Below are positions 17,494 to 26,485 of a DNA stretch of 38,873 nucleotides, piece by piece. This stretch comes from Spirochaetaceae bacterium (GTDB lineage Bacteria; Spirochaetota; Spirochaetia; DSM-2461), in contig JAOPTT010000019.1 in NCBI GenBank assembly GCA_051531975.1, positions 1-38,873 on the forward strand, read 5' to 3'. The notes beneath the pieces are model-generated. The model ran no database searches and had not been told where the DNA came from. It saw nothing but the letters and a program-made list of their open reading frames with translations. The translations under genes were made by a program, and so were the position numbers. Position 1 is the stretch's first letter. Each line of letters opens with the position of its first letter.

Positions 17494-19573
17494 CTTTTTT
17501 AAGCTCCCGATATATCATATCTTTAGTTATAGGAAATGAATTTATATGGGAACCTAATGCTTGGTTCACACTTTGCAGGTAGGCTCCTGGGATTGTATTC
17601 TTAATTAAAGAGCCAACTCCTTTTGGTATGTTTTTGTTTTTTCCTGTTTCATAAATTCCAATATTTATCTTTGGAGAAGCTTGAATTGTTGGGTTGTTAT
17701 AATGATCTAATGCTGAAAATAAGTTGTTTTGAGTTCCAGGTTCACTGCCTTGTAACCAGTTTATCGTACTTTTGATCTCCCTGTGTATAGCACTAATTAA
17801 AGATGGTTTATGAAGTATCTGTCCAACCTCAAGTTCAATCCATAGCTGTTTAATTATACAACTTAAATCACGCTTATCTATCTCAATTTCTATGGCACAT
17901 GCAGCATAAGAACTAGATTTAAAAGGAATACCCTTCCAAACATCCTGGTTCCATATAGCCATAGAGGTTCTTCGGGTAGTTTTTGTCTGTCTTAAAGGCA
18001 GAGGATCTTTAAACCTTCTATCGTTTAACTCTTCGCAACACTGTTTAATCAGAGGTGTTAGGATTGTGACATTTTTATTTTCAATATTTGGTCCTGAATC
18101 ATCAACAAGCCAACTATCCTCAGATATAATAACTATATTTTTATGTTCTATGTTAAGGACTTCAGCTATTAAATCTTCCCATATGGTCAAGATTGATAAG
18201 TTACATACTCTGCAACTAACTGTTAGTTCTACTTTTCCATTTTTATCTAGTTGTAATGTAATACCGTTGGTTGAAATCTCTTTATTATTAGATAAAAAAC
18301 TGTTCCCATTATATCCAACAGATATTCCAATACCCCTTTTTGATGTATGGTGTATTCGGTTCGCAGGTCGTAATAAACTTAGATTAAACGAGGAGTTTTT
18401 TCTTGAGAAATCTGATTGAGTCACAACATTTTTTAACATAATATTTAGTGGAAGATCTCTCTTTATTATTGCTCCAGAAGAATTCTTAAATCCCTTTCTT
18501 AATAAATTATCATATCTCCATAGAAATTGATCAGAAGAGGTTTCTTGGATAATTTTACTTACTAACATCTCAGAAATATAAAGAGCATCTGATAAGTATA
18601 AACTTTTGGCTATACCACCTGGTGGATTATTACTTTTAACAGCCTTAACACTTATTTCTACATTTTTAAATCTGTAAAATGATGTAATACCATGTAGTAT
18701 TCTTAGTACTTTTTCTTTTGCAAATATAGGATATGCACCACAATTAAGTATAACTTCAACTTTTAGTGCTAATAACTTACTATTTTCATCGAATGCTAGT
18801 TTCCAATTTGCTTTTAGGCCATAACTTTTTTCTGAATATATATATTGGTCTTCAGGTGTTGGAACATAAGATACATTCTTTTTAATTATAGATGCTGTAA
18901 CAGATGTAAATATTGCAGATTTAAAACTATCATAAACAAATGACTCGTCTTCTCCTGTGGTTATCGGAGTAATTATTTTTACTCTGTTTGAATCTAAATT
19001 ACATATTGCTGCAATATTGTCTCTTAATTTACTTTCCCATATTCCTGATGAATATACTAAAAAACTATCCGACTCTCTTTTTGTAAAAGAACCATGTAAA
19101 AAACTACTTTTTACAACTCTATTTGGTGTCTTTATTATGCCCGATAAAACTTTGTAAGCCTCGGTTATAGAATTCTCATCACCCTGGTGTAATTTCTTTT
19201 CAAAGAATATTTCTGTTTCAGGTTCAGGTTCAGTTTCTGTGTAATCAATTTTTATTGCTTTATATATCTCTTTTAAAGTATTTATTGCAGGTCCTACAAT
19301 AAGTAAAACAGGTTCTCCTAAATAATTAACAGTTTTATTTGCTAATACTGGGATTCTATAATCATTAATCATAAAAGTTTTTTTAGATTTTAAGTCTTCA
19401 GATTTAATAATGGAATAATTTTCGGGTAGTTCAGGTAATTCCATAAGATCTATACTTCCAGAGTTGATTGTGGATCTATAAATTAAGATTTTGTAGCTTT
19501 TTTTTGTTACTGTATCTAGTGGAAGTATATATTTACCTGAATATATTAGCTTTAAATGTTCAGCTTTTGTCAT
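17483..19573 (-). CDS. Divergent molybdopterin-binding (L) subunit of the xanthine dehydrogenase family
   Basis: VNYLGEPVLLIVG, CGAY, KRGIGIS, DDSGP, YAACAIEIEID, PKGVG. Cofactor motifs are degenerate. Confidence 0.75.
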   Translation of the reverse strand: MTKAEHLKLIYSGKYILPLDTVTKKSYKILIYRSTINSGSIDLMELPELPENYSIIKSEDLKSKKTFMINDYRIPVLANKTVNYLGEPVLLIVGPAINTLKEIYKAIKIDYTETEPEPETEIFFEKKLHQGDENSITEAYKVLSGIIKTPNRVVKSSFLHGSFTKRESDSFLVYSSGIWESKLRDNIAAICNLDSNRVKIITPITTGEDESFVYDSFKSAIFTSVTASIIKKNVSYVPTPEDQYIYSEKSYGLKANWKLAFDENSKLLALKVEVILNCGAYPIFAKEKVLRILHGITSFYRFKNVEISVKAVKSNNPPGGIAKSLYLSDALYISEMLVSKIIQETSSDQFLWRYDNLLRKGFKNSSGAIIKRDLPLNIMLKNVVTQSDFSRKNSSFNLSLLRPANRIHHTSKRGIGISVGYNGNSFLSNNKEISTNGITLQLDKNGKVELTVSCRVCNLSILTIWEDLIAEVLNIEHKNIVIISEDSWLVDDSGPNIENKNVTILTPLIKQCCEELNDRRFKDPLPLRQTKTTRRTSMAIWNQDVWKGIPFKSSSYAACAIEIEIDKRDLSCIIKQLWIELEVGQILHKPSLISAIHREIKSTINWLQGSEPGTQNNLFSALDHYNNPTIQASPKINIGIYETGKNKNIPKGVGSLIKNTIPGAYLQSVNQALGSHINSFPITKDMIYRELKKDEI

Positions 19574-19655
19574 ATTGTATATTTTATCCCCTTTCTATAA
19601 ATTAACATTTAAGTTTTATTTCTGAAAGAGTATTGTTGTTTTTTATACCTATATC

Positions 19656-19683
19656 TTTAGAAATGTATTAATAGTTCCGATAA
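19656..19683 (+). promoter_or_regulatory. Possible sigma28-like promoter
   Basis: TCCGATAA at 19676-19683 (7/8 match to the -10 consensus) with a weak -35. AAGGAG RBS follows. Confidence 0.35.
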
Positions 19684-19705
19684 ACATATAAGGAGTCCAT
19701 GATCT

Positions 19706-20830
19706 ATGAAAAAATACTACTTTTTAACTATTTTATTATTAATTTCAGGGTATTTATTTGCCCAATCCACATATACTGGGAATTTATCTTTTTCTGAAGA
19801 TTCTTTCTTTGATGATAAAGACAACTCCGATAGTTATTATGCTGGAGGTTGCAACGCTTTTCCTATTGGAACCTTTATAAAAGTAGATCTTCCTTTCTCT
19901 GATGATTTTGTTAATGTAAAAATTGTTAGTAAAATTCCTGAAGATGGAACATTTGTTGTAGTTGATAATAGGGCAGCAGCTAGACTGAATCTGGATAAAG
20001 AGGATGTATTACCTGTTAAAGTACAGGTGATTAATTTTATACCTCTTCCATTAGAGGAGTTAGATAGTCTAGAAGAGTTGGATCCAGAACCAGAAATAAA
20101 AGGATTAACTGCTAAGCATGTAGAATCTGAAGATCCTGTAATTGTAGAGGAACCTGTAGTTGTAGAGGAACCTGTAGTTGTAGAGGAACCTGTAGTTGTA
20201 GAGGAACCTGTAGTTGTAGAGGAACCTGTAGTTGTAGAGGAACCTGTAGTTGTAGAGGAACCTGTAGTTGTAGAGGAACCAGTAGTTGTAGAGGAACCAG
20301 TAGTTGTAGAGGAACCAGTAATTGTAGAAGAACCAATAATTGTAGAAGAACCAATAATTGTAGAAGAACCAGTTATATATGAAGATGAAATCCCTGATGA
20401 ATCTATGTTTACTAAAGAAACTGAATTTGAAACTTTAACTCCAGTTGAAAAAGAGCCGGTCGTTACCGAAAAGACGCCAACAAAAAGAATATTCTTCTTA
20501 GAACCTGCAAATACTAAACCACCTAGTGGTGGAACTCCTGATATAAAATATGTACCTGTAACAAAAGTTGAAGAAAGTAAAGAATTTAAAGATGGTTATT
20601 ATCTTCAAGTAGGACTTTATAACATCAATCAAAAAGCTTTAGACTCTATAAAAATATTAGACGCACTTAACTTTCCTAACCTTTTAGTAAAAGAAGAATC
20701 ATCAACTAAAAGAGATATTTTATTAGTTGGACCACTTAAAAATGACGAACTAGGTGTTATTATGTTGCACCTAAAAAGTAGAGGTTTTGAAGATTTCTTT
20801 AGATATCAGAAGAAAACAGTTAATAAATAA
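19706..20830 (+). CDS. Exported protein: RlpA/DPBB-like N-terminal domain, EEPVVV repeat linker, C-terminal SPOR-like domain
   Basis: Signal peptide (YLFA-Q). FPIGTFIKV...AAARLNL resembles a double-psi barrel. C-terminal YYLQVGLY...LVGPL is SPOR-like. Confidence 0.7.
   Translation: MKKYYFLTILLLISGYLFAQSTYTGNLSFSEDSFFDDKDNSDSYYAGGCNAFPIGTFIKVDLPFSDDFVNVKIVSKIPEDGTFVVVDNRAAARLNLDKEDVLPVKVQVINFIPLPLEELDSLEELDPEPEIKGLTAKHVESEDPVIVEEPVVVEEPVVVEEPVVVEEPVVVEEPVVVEEPVVVEEPVVVEEPVVVEEPVVVEEPVIVEEPIIVEEPIIVEEPVIYEDEIPDESMFTKETEFETLTPVEKEPVVTEKTPTKRIFFLEPANTKPPSGGTPDIKYVPVTKVEESKEFKDGYYLQVGLYNINQKALDSIKILDALNFPNLLVKEESSTKRDILLVGPLKNDELGVIMLHLKSRGFEDFFRYQKKTVNK
20129..20380 (+). repeat. In-frame 18-bp tandem repeat, 14 units (EEPVVV)
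   Basis: GAGGAACCTGTAGTTGTA x7 identical (20147-20272), two CCA variants, then progressively diverged units. Confidence 0.97.
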
Positions 20831-20865
20831 TTGCCTAATGTAGTTAATCGTGATAAAAAAAACAC

Positions 20866-22071
20866 ATGGCTACATTTTTTTTGTTTTTTATAGTATTTGC
20901 AATATTTCTAATTATTATGTTTCTCTACTTCAATAGTGGTACATCTTTAGGTGGTGCTGAGTTTGTAGCTAAAGGTCGAGAAGCAGGTCTTAACCCACAA
21001 GTTATTAAAATGTTAAAAAAAACCGCTAGTATTATTAATCTAGATAAACCATTAACTCTTCTAGGTTCTATAACCCATATAGATCGTGCAATAACAGATA
21101 TTAACCTGATTTTAGAAAAAGAAGATTACAGAAATCCAGAACTTAGAGATTTACTGGAAGAACTTTATAGTTATAGAAAAAATATCGAATTAGAAAAAAG
21201 AGAAAGAAGAGCAACAATCACAACTTCTAGAGATATCAACTTAGAGCAACATATGAAAATAACAGTAGGGAATATAGAAACCCCTCTATTAGGTGTTGTC
21301 ATAGATAATACAACTAATTATCTAACAATTGAGTTATTAAAAGATACAAACGTAAAACCAGGAATAAATTGGGATGGTCCTATAAATCTATATTTTTGGA
21401 AAAAAGAAGATGCCGGATATTATTTCGAATCGGTAGTATCAGATACTAAAACTAATAGAGTATGGAATGTTATTCATTCGAATAATTTGATCAGAAGCCA
21501 AAAAAGAGAAGAGATAAGAGTTGATACAGATATTAATAGTTATGTTTATAAATTAGATGATATTTCTAAACGAGATGCTAAGCATGAAGGTTTTGTTGGT
21601 ATCTTCTCCCAACTTAAAAATATATCCGAAGGTGGAGCTGCATTTTTAATGAATGGAAAACTAGAGAGGGGTGTAGCTTTAAAAATAGAATTTAAATTAA
21701 AAAATAAAATTATTGTTATATGTGGGACTGTAAAAAGTAGCTCATTTAATAAGTCAAATAAAATCTCCTTGGTTAGAATTGAATTTGTTGAACCAAAATT
21801 TGAGATGTTAGCAGCATTAAGATCATTTATATATAATACAACTTCTATTCCAAAACTACCTAAAGAGATCAATAACACGATTAATCTTACTAAAGCTGTT
21901 GAAAATCTGGAAGAAATGGACAACAATACAAAAAAGGAAGATGCTGAAATTGAGGCTAAAGATGTTGACGCTACTGAGGTTGAAGAAATATCTGAGGTTG
22001 AAGAAATATCTGAGGTTGAAGAAATATCTGAGGTTGAATATCTTCCTGATAATAACAATGTTATGAATTAA
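20866..22071 (+). CDS. Membrane-anchored PilZ-domain (c-di-GMP receptor, flagellar-brake-like) protein
   Basis: N-terminal TM, YcgR-N-like middle region, RSQKREEIR (RxxxR) and NISEGG (D/NxSxxG). Confidence 0.85.
   Translation: MATFFLFFIVFAIFLIIMFLYFNSGTSLGGAEFVAKGREAGLNPQVIKMLKKTASIINLDKPLTLLGSITHIDRAITDINLILEKEDYRNPELRDLLEELYSYRKNIELEKRERRATITTSRDINLEQHMKITVGNIETPLLGVVIDNTTNYLTIELLKDTNVKPGINWDGPINLYFWKKEDAGYYFESVVSDTKTNRVWNVIHSNNLIRSQKREEIRVDTDINSYVYKLDDISKRDAKHEGFVGIFSQLKNISEGGAAFLMNGKLERGVALKIEFKLKNKIIVICGTVKSSSFNKSNKISLVRIEFVEPKFEMLAALRSFIYNTTSIPKLPKEINNTINLTKAVENLEEMDNNTKKEDAEIEAKDVDATEVEEISEVEEISEVEEISEVEYLPDNNNVMN
21974..22038 (+). repeat. In-frame 18-bp tandem repeat, about 3.6 units (EVEEIS)
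   Basis: CTGAGGTTGAAGAAATAT x3 plus a partial copy. Confidence 0.95.
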
Positions 22072-22097
22072 AATTATAAAATAAGAGAGGATTTAAA

Positions 22098-22988
22098 ATG
22101 AGATTGATTAAAGGACTAATGTCTGTTTTTTTATTATCTGTAATATTTTCATGTGCAACAACTGAAAATACAGTTGCAGTTGAAGTCGCAACTAAAGATG
22201 AAAGTCCAGAGTTAAAAAGCTCTGAACCAATATTAGTAGAGAAAGAAGTTACAGAAAGCGCATATTTTGTTACAAAAGAACAAGCTTTTTATGGGGATGG
22301 ACAAATTGATTCTGTTATTAGTTATACATTTAATGAGAACTTTGAACTATTAAGTAGAATACAGACTAACGAACAAGAAGAAGTTTTAGAATCTTTTAAA
22401 AATACAATAGAAAATGGTTTAATTATAAAACAAGAAAATTATGGTTTTGGGAATGTTTTAAACACATACTCTGAGTTTGTTTATAATGGGAATGGAGAGT
22501 TGATCAGAGAAACTTTATTTGACGACGAGAAAAAAATTCAATCTATTAACGAATATGAATATAAAACTGGAAACCTTATGGTTTGGAAAACTTTAGGTTC
22601 AAATGGTGGTGTCTTAGCTTTAACTGAGTATCTTTATGATAACAATAATAACAATGTTAAAGTTGAAATGAAGACCGCTGGTGGTTCTATTGATGGAGTT
22701 ATCGAAAAGAGTTATGAAAACAATTTTATATCTGAAGAGAAAATTTTAGATAACAAAGGTAATGTAGAGAAATCTATACAATATGTTTATAAAAATGAAC
22801 TTTCTACTGAGAAGATTTATTTTGATTCAAAGGGTCAAATGAAGCGAAGTGAAACATTTGAGTATGAAGGATCAAATCCATATCCAATAAGAATAAATTA
22901 CAACTACAAAAGTGGAGCACTTGATGCGTATACTTTAGTTGAATACGATACTAAAACAATCACCAAAACAATTTGGGTTGAGGAGTAA
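22098..22988 (+). CDS. Lipoprotein with YD-like beta-hairpin repeats
   Basis: Lipobox VIFSC. Recurrent Y-x-Y-(D/N)-x-x-G-type units. Confidence 0.75.
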   Translation: MRLIKGLMSVFLLSVIFSCATTENTVAVEVATKDESPELKSSEPILVEKEVTESAYFVTKEQAFYGDGQIDSVISYTFNENFELLSRIQTNEQEEVLESFKNTIENGLIIKQENYGFGNVLNTYSEFVYNGNGELIRETLFDDEKKIQSINEYEYKTGNLMVWKTLGSNGGVLALTEYLYDNNNNNVKVEMKTAGGSIDGVIEKSYENNFISEEKILDNKGNVEKSIQYVYKNELSTEKIYFDSKGQMKRSETFEYEGSNPYPIRINYNYKSGALDAYTLVEYDTKTITKTIWVEE

Positions 22989-22990
22989 AA

Positions 22991-24172
22991 ATGAAAAAAT
23001 ATAGAATCCTCTGTCTTTTATTATTGACAATAACATTTCAATCTTTTGCAGGAGATCGATCAGAAGTTTGGTCTCGAATGTACAAAAGAAGTATTTCCCC
23101 TGACTTAAAATACTCTGTAATGCTAAATATAGTTGAGTTAAACGATAGAGGAATGATTCCACTATTAGAAGAGATTCTCTCTGAAGATATTATTGCAAAA
23201 CTAAGTACTAAACGTGGTGTTACAGAAGAGAAGAAATTTGTAGATCTTACTACTTTAGTTATAAAAGAGTTAGGTGAACTAAAATCAAAAAGTTCAGCAC
23301 CACTTATATATAATATTTTAGTAGAGGCCACTGATCCTCTACTAAAAGCAGATGCTATTATTGCTTTAGGGAATATGAGAGCAACAGCTTATTTAAGTGA
23401 AATTGCATTTATATTAAAAAATATAAATCTGAAACCTACTGAAGGTTCTTACTCTGTTGTAGAAGCAGAGTCAAAAGTTGCTTATGCATGTATTGCTGCC
23501 TTAGATAGATTTAGAGATATTGAAGGTTATTCTCCAGTGTTTTTTGCTTCAGTTGGCTGGTACGATCAGAGAATCAGATTTTTTTCTGATAAAGTTCTTA
23601 AAACTATTGTAGAAAATCCAATTGATGCCTTAATTCCTATAATTTCTAATGGATCGTTTAAAGATAAAGTGAAAGCTATAAATGAAGTTGCAGTTTGTAA
23701 AGCACCTTCTGAAGATAAGGCAAGAGCTGCAAGAGAAGCGATGAAACAAGGTTTAGATAATGTTTTTGATACTATCCAGGAAGGCATGACATTAACAACA
23801 TTAAGAAAAAATGCAATTAAAGTATTATATGCAAGTAAATCTTCTAGTGTTGATGATGTTTATTATTTATCTCAATCTATTAAAAAAGGTTCAGATTTAG
23901 CTGAAAAGATTTACGCCATAAAAACTTTAGGTGTAAATGGAAGTGACGAAGCCTTAGAAGCATTAGCTTCAGTTTTATCAGAGTATAACGAAAGAAGTGT
24001 TAGTGGAATTGATATAAGTTACGCTGAAGAAGATATTATTAAAGAGTTAATAGTTACACTTGGTAGTACTGGTAGCGATATCGCAAGTAGTATAATAACC
24101 GAGGTGCAATTTTCTAGTTATTCTACTGGAATTGTCAGAACTGCTAAAGCCACATTAAAAAATATGAAGTAA
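22991..24172 (+). CDS. Exported HEAT-repeat protein
   Basis: Signal peptide (SFA). HEAT-like units ELGELK, AIIALGNMRA, AIKTLG, LIVTLG. Confidence 0.75.
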   Translation: MKKYRILCLLLLTITFQSFAGDRSEVWSRMYKRSISPDLKYSVMLNIVELNDRGMIPLLEEILSEDIIAKLSTKRGVTEEKKFVDLTTLVIKELGELKSKSSAPLIYNILVEATDPLLKADAIIALGNMRATAYLSEIAFILKNINLKPTEGSYSVVEAESKVAYACIAALDRFRDIEGYSPVFFASVGWYDQRIRFFSDKVLKTIVENPIDALIPIISNGSFKDKVKAINEVAVCKAPSEDKARAAREAMKQGLDNVFDTIQEGMTLTTLRKNAIKVLYASKSSSVDDVYYLSQSIKKGSDLAEKIYAIKTLGVNGSDEALEALASVLSEYNERSVSGIDISYAEEDIIKELIVTLGSTGSDIASSIITEVQFSSYSTGIVRTAKATLKNMK

Positions 24173-24199
24173 TAATAATTTTCTCTCTATATATTTTAT

Positions 24200-25585
24200 A
24201 TGAATAGAGAGATTATGCATTCATTATCAATAGGAGCCATAATAATATCTGTTATTATGGCTTTTTTTATAAAGTTCCCATTAGTTCCACTGTTTTTACT
24301 TTTATCTATATTTATTTCTTATACATCTTTATTTAAAACCAATATGGTGACCTATCTAATAGTCATCTGTTTCTCAATAATATTAGGAACTTTATGTCAA
24401 CAAAGAGTCAAACTTAAAGATTCTAGTAATTTCCTACCTATAAATCAGAATGTTATTACTTATGGAAATATATATATTGTAAAAGATTCTATTCCAGTAA
24501 ATGGTGGTTTTTTAAGTAGTGGTATAATATTTCAAATTAAAAGTCATCAGATGGAATCACAATCTAAATTACCTATTCTAGTTTTTTCTAAAAAACAGTT
24601 ATATTTAGGTGAAGTTCTAATTGATAGTAAAATTAAATGGAGCGATAAAGGTGCAACATGTAATGTGGATATCGATGGGCAAACAATAGTTAAGTCTAAA
24701 TATTATGAGCTTCGGAAAAAAATAATTTTAGAATTGAAGTGGGCTATTAAATCACCTCTGTTATTAGCACTGTTAACAGGTAATAAAAGTAAACTTGAGT
24801 TGTCTCAGATCGCTATGTTTAGGGAGAGTGGGTGTTCCCATATTTTGGCATTATCAGGATTTCATGTAAGTATTATTACTATTTTATTTATCTTTTTACT
24901 TAGACTGCTATTTACAGGTAGCAAAATTTATATTTTTTGCATAATAATATTAACAGTCTATCTATGTATTGTTGGTATTACCCCTTCTTTACTAAGGTCA
25001 GTTTTAATGTTTTCAATTGCAACTATATTACGTTATAAAGGTTATCATGTTTCAGTATATAAAATTCTTGTTATATCATTTTTCATTATTATAATATTAG
25101 TACCTGAAGAGTTTTATACTCTATCATTTAGATTATCATATTTAGCTCTGTTTGGGATTTTAACATTTGCAAATGAAGTCTCATTATTACCTCTTTTGAA
25201 TAGATTACCAACTATATTAAAACTTTCAATTTCAGCATCATTTTCAGCAATGTTAAGCACATCATTAATCTGTCTGCCTCTTTTTGGACTCTTATACCCA
25301 ATTGGTATAGTCGCTTCAATAATATTAACTCCTATTATTACTATATTTATCTGGATTGGAATATTGTCACTGTTCATTCCAAAACTTAATTTTTTAGTCC
25401 TGTTTATTGAAGATTTTATATATGTATTACTTAAATTGTTCTCAAATTCACCTGTAATCGATAATAACAGTGTTATTTCTCCATTTATTACTTTTATTAT
25501 TTTAAGCATTCCTGTTATATTGTTAATATTAAAATTATACAGGAGAACTGATGCACGAAGATTCAATATTAAATTTAAATTATGA
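24200..25585 (+). CDS. comEC: ComEC/Rec2 family competence membrane protein (short form)
   Basis: SGCSHILALSGFHV, PSLLRSVLM, SFRLSY, many TM helices. Confidence 0.88.
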   Translation: MNREIMHSLSIGAIIISVIMAFFIKFPLVPLFLLLSIFISYTSLFKTNMVTYLIVICFSIILGTLCQQRVKLKDSSNFLPINQNVITYGNIYIVKDSIPVNGGFLSSGIIFQIKSHQMESQSKLPILVFSKKQLYLGEVLIDSKIKWSDKGATCNVDIDGQTIVKSKYYELRKKIILELKWAIKSPLLLALLTGNKSKLELSQIAMFRESGCSHILALSGFHVSIITILFIFLLRLLFTGSKIYIFCIIILTVYLCIVGITPSLLRSVLMFSIATILRYKGYHVSVYKILVISFFIIIILVPEEFYTLSFRLSYLALFGILTFANEVSLLPLLNRLPTILKLSISASFSAMLSTSLICLPLFGLLYPIGIVASIILTPIITIFIWIGILSLFIPKLNFLVLFIEDFIYVLLKLFSNSPVIDNNSVISPFITFIILSIPVILLILKLYRRTDARRFNIKFKL

Positions 25586-26432
25586 TTCACCTCAGGAAAT
25601 AAGAGAATTATTAGATATTATGGGGTTAGGTCCACGAAAAAGATGGGGTCAGAATTTTTTAATTAATAGTGGTGCTCGTAAAAGAATAGTTGACCTTTTA
25701 GAGATGGAAGAAGGGGACACTGTTTGGGAAGTTGGTCCTGGTTTAGGATCTATTACAAAAATAATATTAGATCGTGGAGCAGAGTTAAAGGTTTTTGAAA
25801 TTGATCCCGGTTATATTGATTATTTATCTAAAGCTTTTGCCACCTTTGAGAGTTTTTCCATAGTCCCTGGGGACGTTATTAAAACTTGGAAAACCTTTAG
25901 AGAAGAACCACCTAAAAGATTTGTAGGTAATCTTCCATATAATATATCTTCCGCAATAGTTTCATCATTTATAGAGAATGATTTTGTTCCTGAAAGAATG
26001 GTTTTTACTGTTCAAAGAGAGATGGGACAGCGTATGACCGCTAAACCTAATAATAAAAATTATTCATCTTTTTCCGTGTTATGCCAATTTGCTTGTGATG
26101 TAAAAGAAGTTGGTGTTTTAAAACCTGGCTCTTTTTATCCTGTTCCTGGAGTTTCTTCTGCAATTATGACTATGGTTCCACATAAAAGGTTTAGGGATCT
26201 AAGTGATAAAGAGACATTTTTTAAAGTTACAAGACAACTCTTCTCTTCTAGAAGGAAAACTCTAAAAAATAATATTTTATTAAGCCCTTATCTAAAAAAA
26301 TATGATACAGAGGAAGTTTATAAAGCTTTTGCGGATGCAGATGTAGATATTACTAAGAGAGCCGAATCCTTGTCAGTTGAAAAATTTGTGGATTTAGCAA
26401 AAGAGATTAGTAAATTAAAAACAATCAACTAA
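25551..26432 (+). CDS. rsmA: 16S rRNA m6,2A dimethyltransferase RsmA/KsgA
   Basis: WGQNFL, EVGPGLG, EID, GNLPYNIS, FYPVPGVSS, RRKTL, RAE. Confidence 0.96.
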   Translation: MHEDSILNLNYDSPQEIRELLDIMGLGPRKRWGQNFLINSGARKRIVDLLEMEEGDTVWEVGPGLGSITKIILDRGAELKVFEIDPGYIDYLSKAFATFESFSIVPGDVIKTWKTFREEPPKRFVGNLPYNISSAIVSSFIENDFVPERMVFTVQREMGQRMTAKPNNKNYSSFSVLCQFACDVKEVGVLKPGSFYPVPGVSSAIMTMVPHKRFRDLSDKETFFKVTRQLFSSRRKTLKNNILLSPYLKKYDTEEVYKAFADADVDITKRAESLSVEKFVDLAKEISKLKTIN

Positions 26433-26451
26433 CTTTTGGTTATGATAATAT

Positions 26452-26485
26452 AAGGGTGTAATTTAATTACACCCTTTCTGTTTTT
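26452..26485. terminator. Intrinsic terminator hairpin between convergent rsmA and dapA
   Basis: AAGGGTGTAAT-TTA-ATTACACCCTT followed by TCTGTTTTT. Confidence 0.8.

Noticed and set aside
17483..19573. L subunit as a pseudogene
   Set aside because: The frame is fully open for 696 codons and overlaps with the partner genes are intact. Treated as divergent instead.
20112..20354. Minus-strand LQLQVP repeat ORF
   Set aside because: Antisense shadow of the EEPVVV repeat.
20129..20380. 18-bp repeat as a CRISPR array
   Set aside because: Head-to-tail units with no spacers, in frame within a CDS, and no cas genes.
22098..22988. YD-like repeats as an Rhs/polymorphic toxin
   Set aside because: Short lipoprotein with no Rhs core (DPxG), no toxin tip and no small immunity gene.
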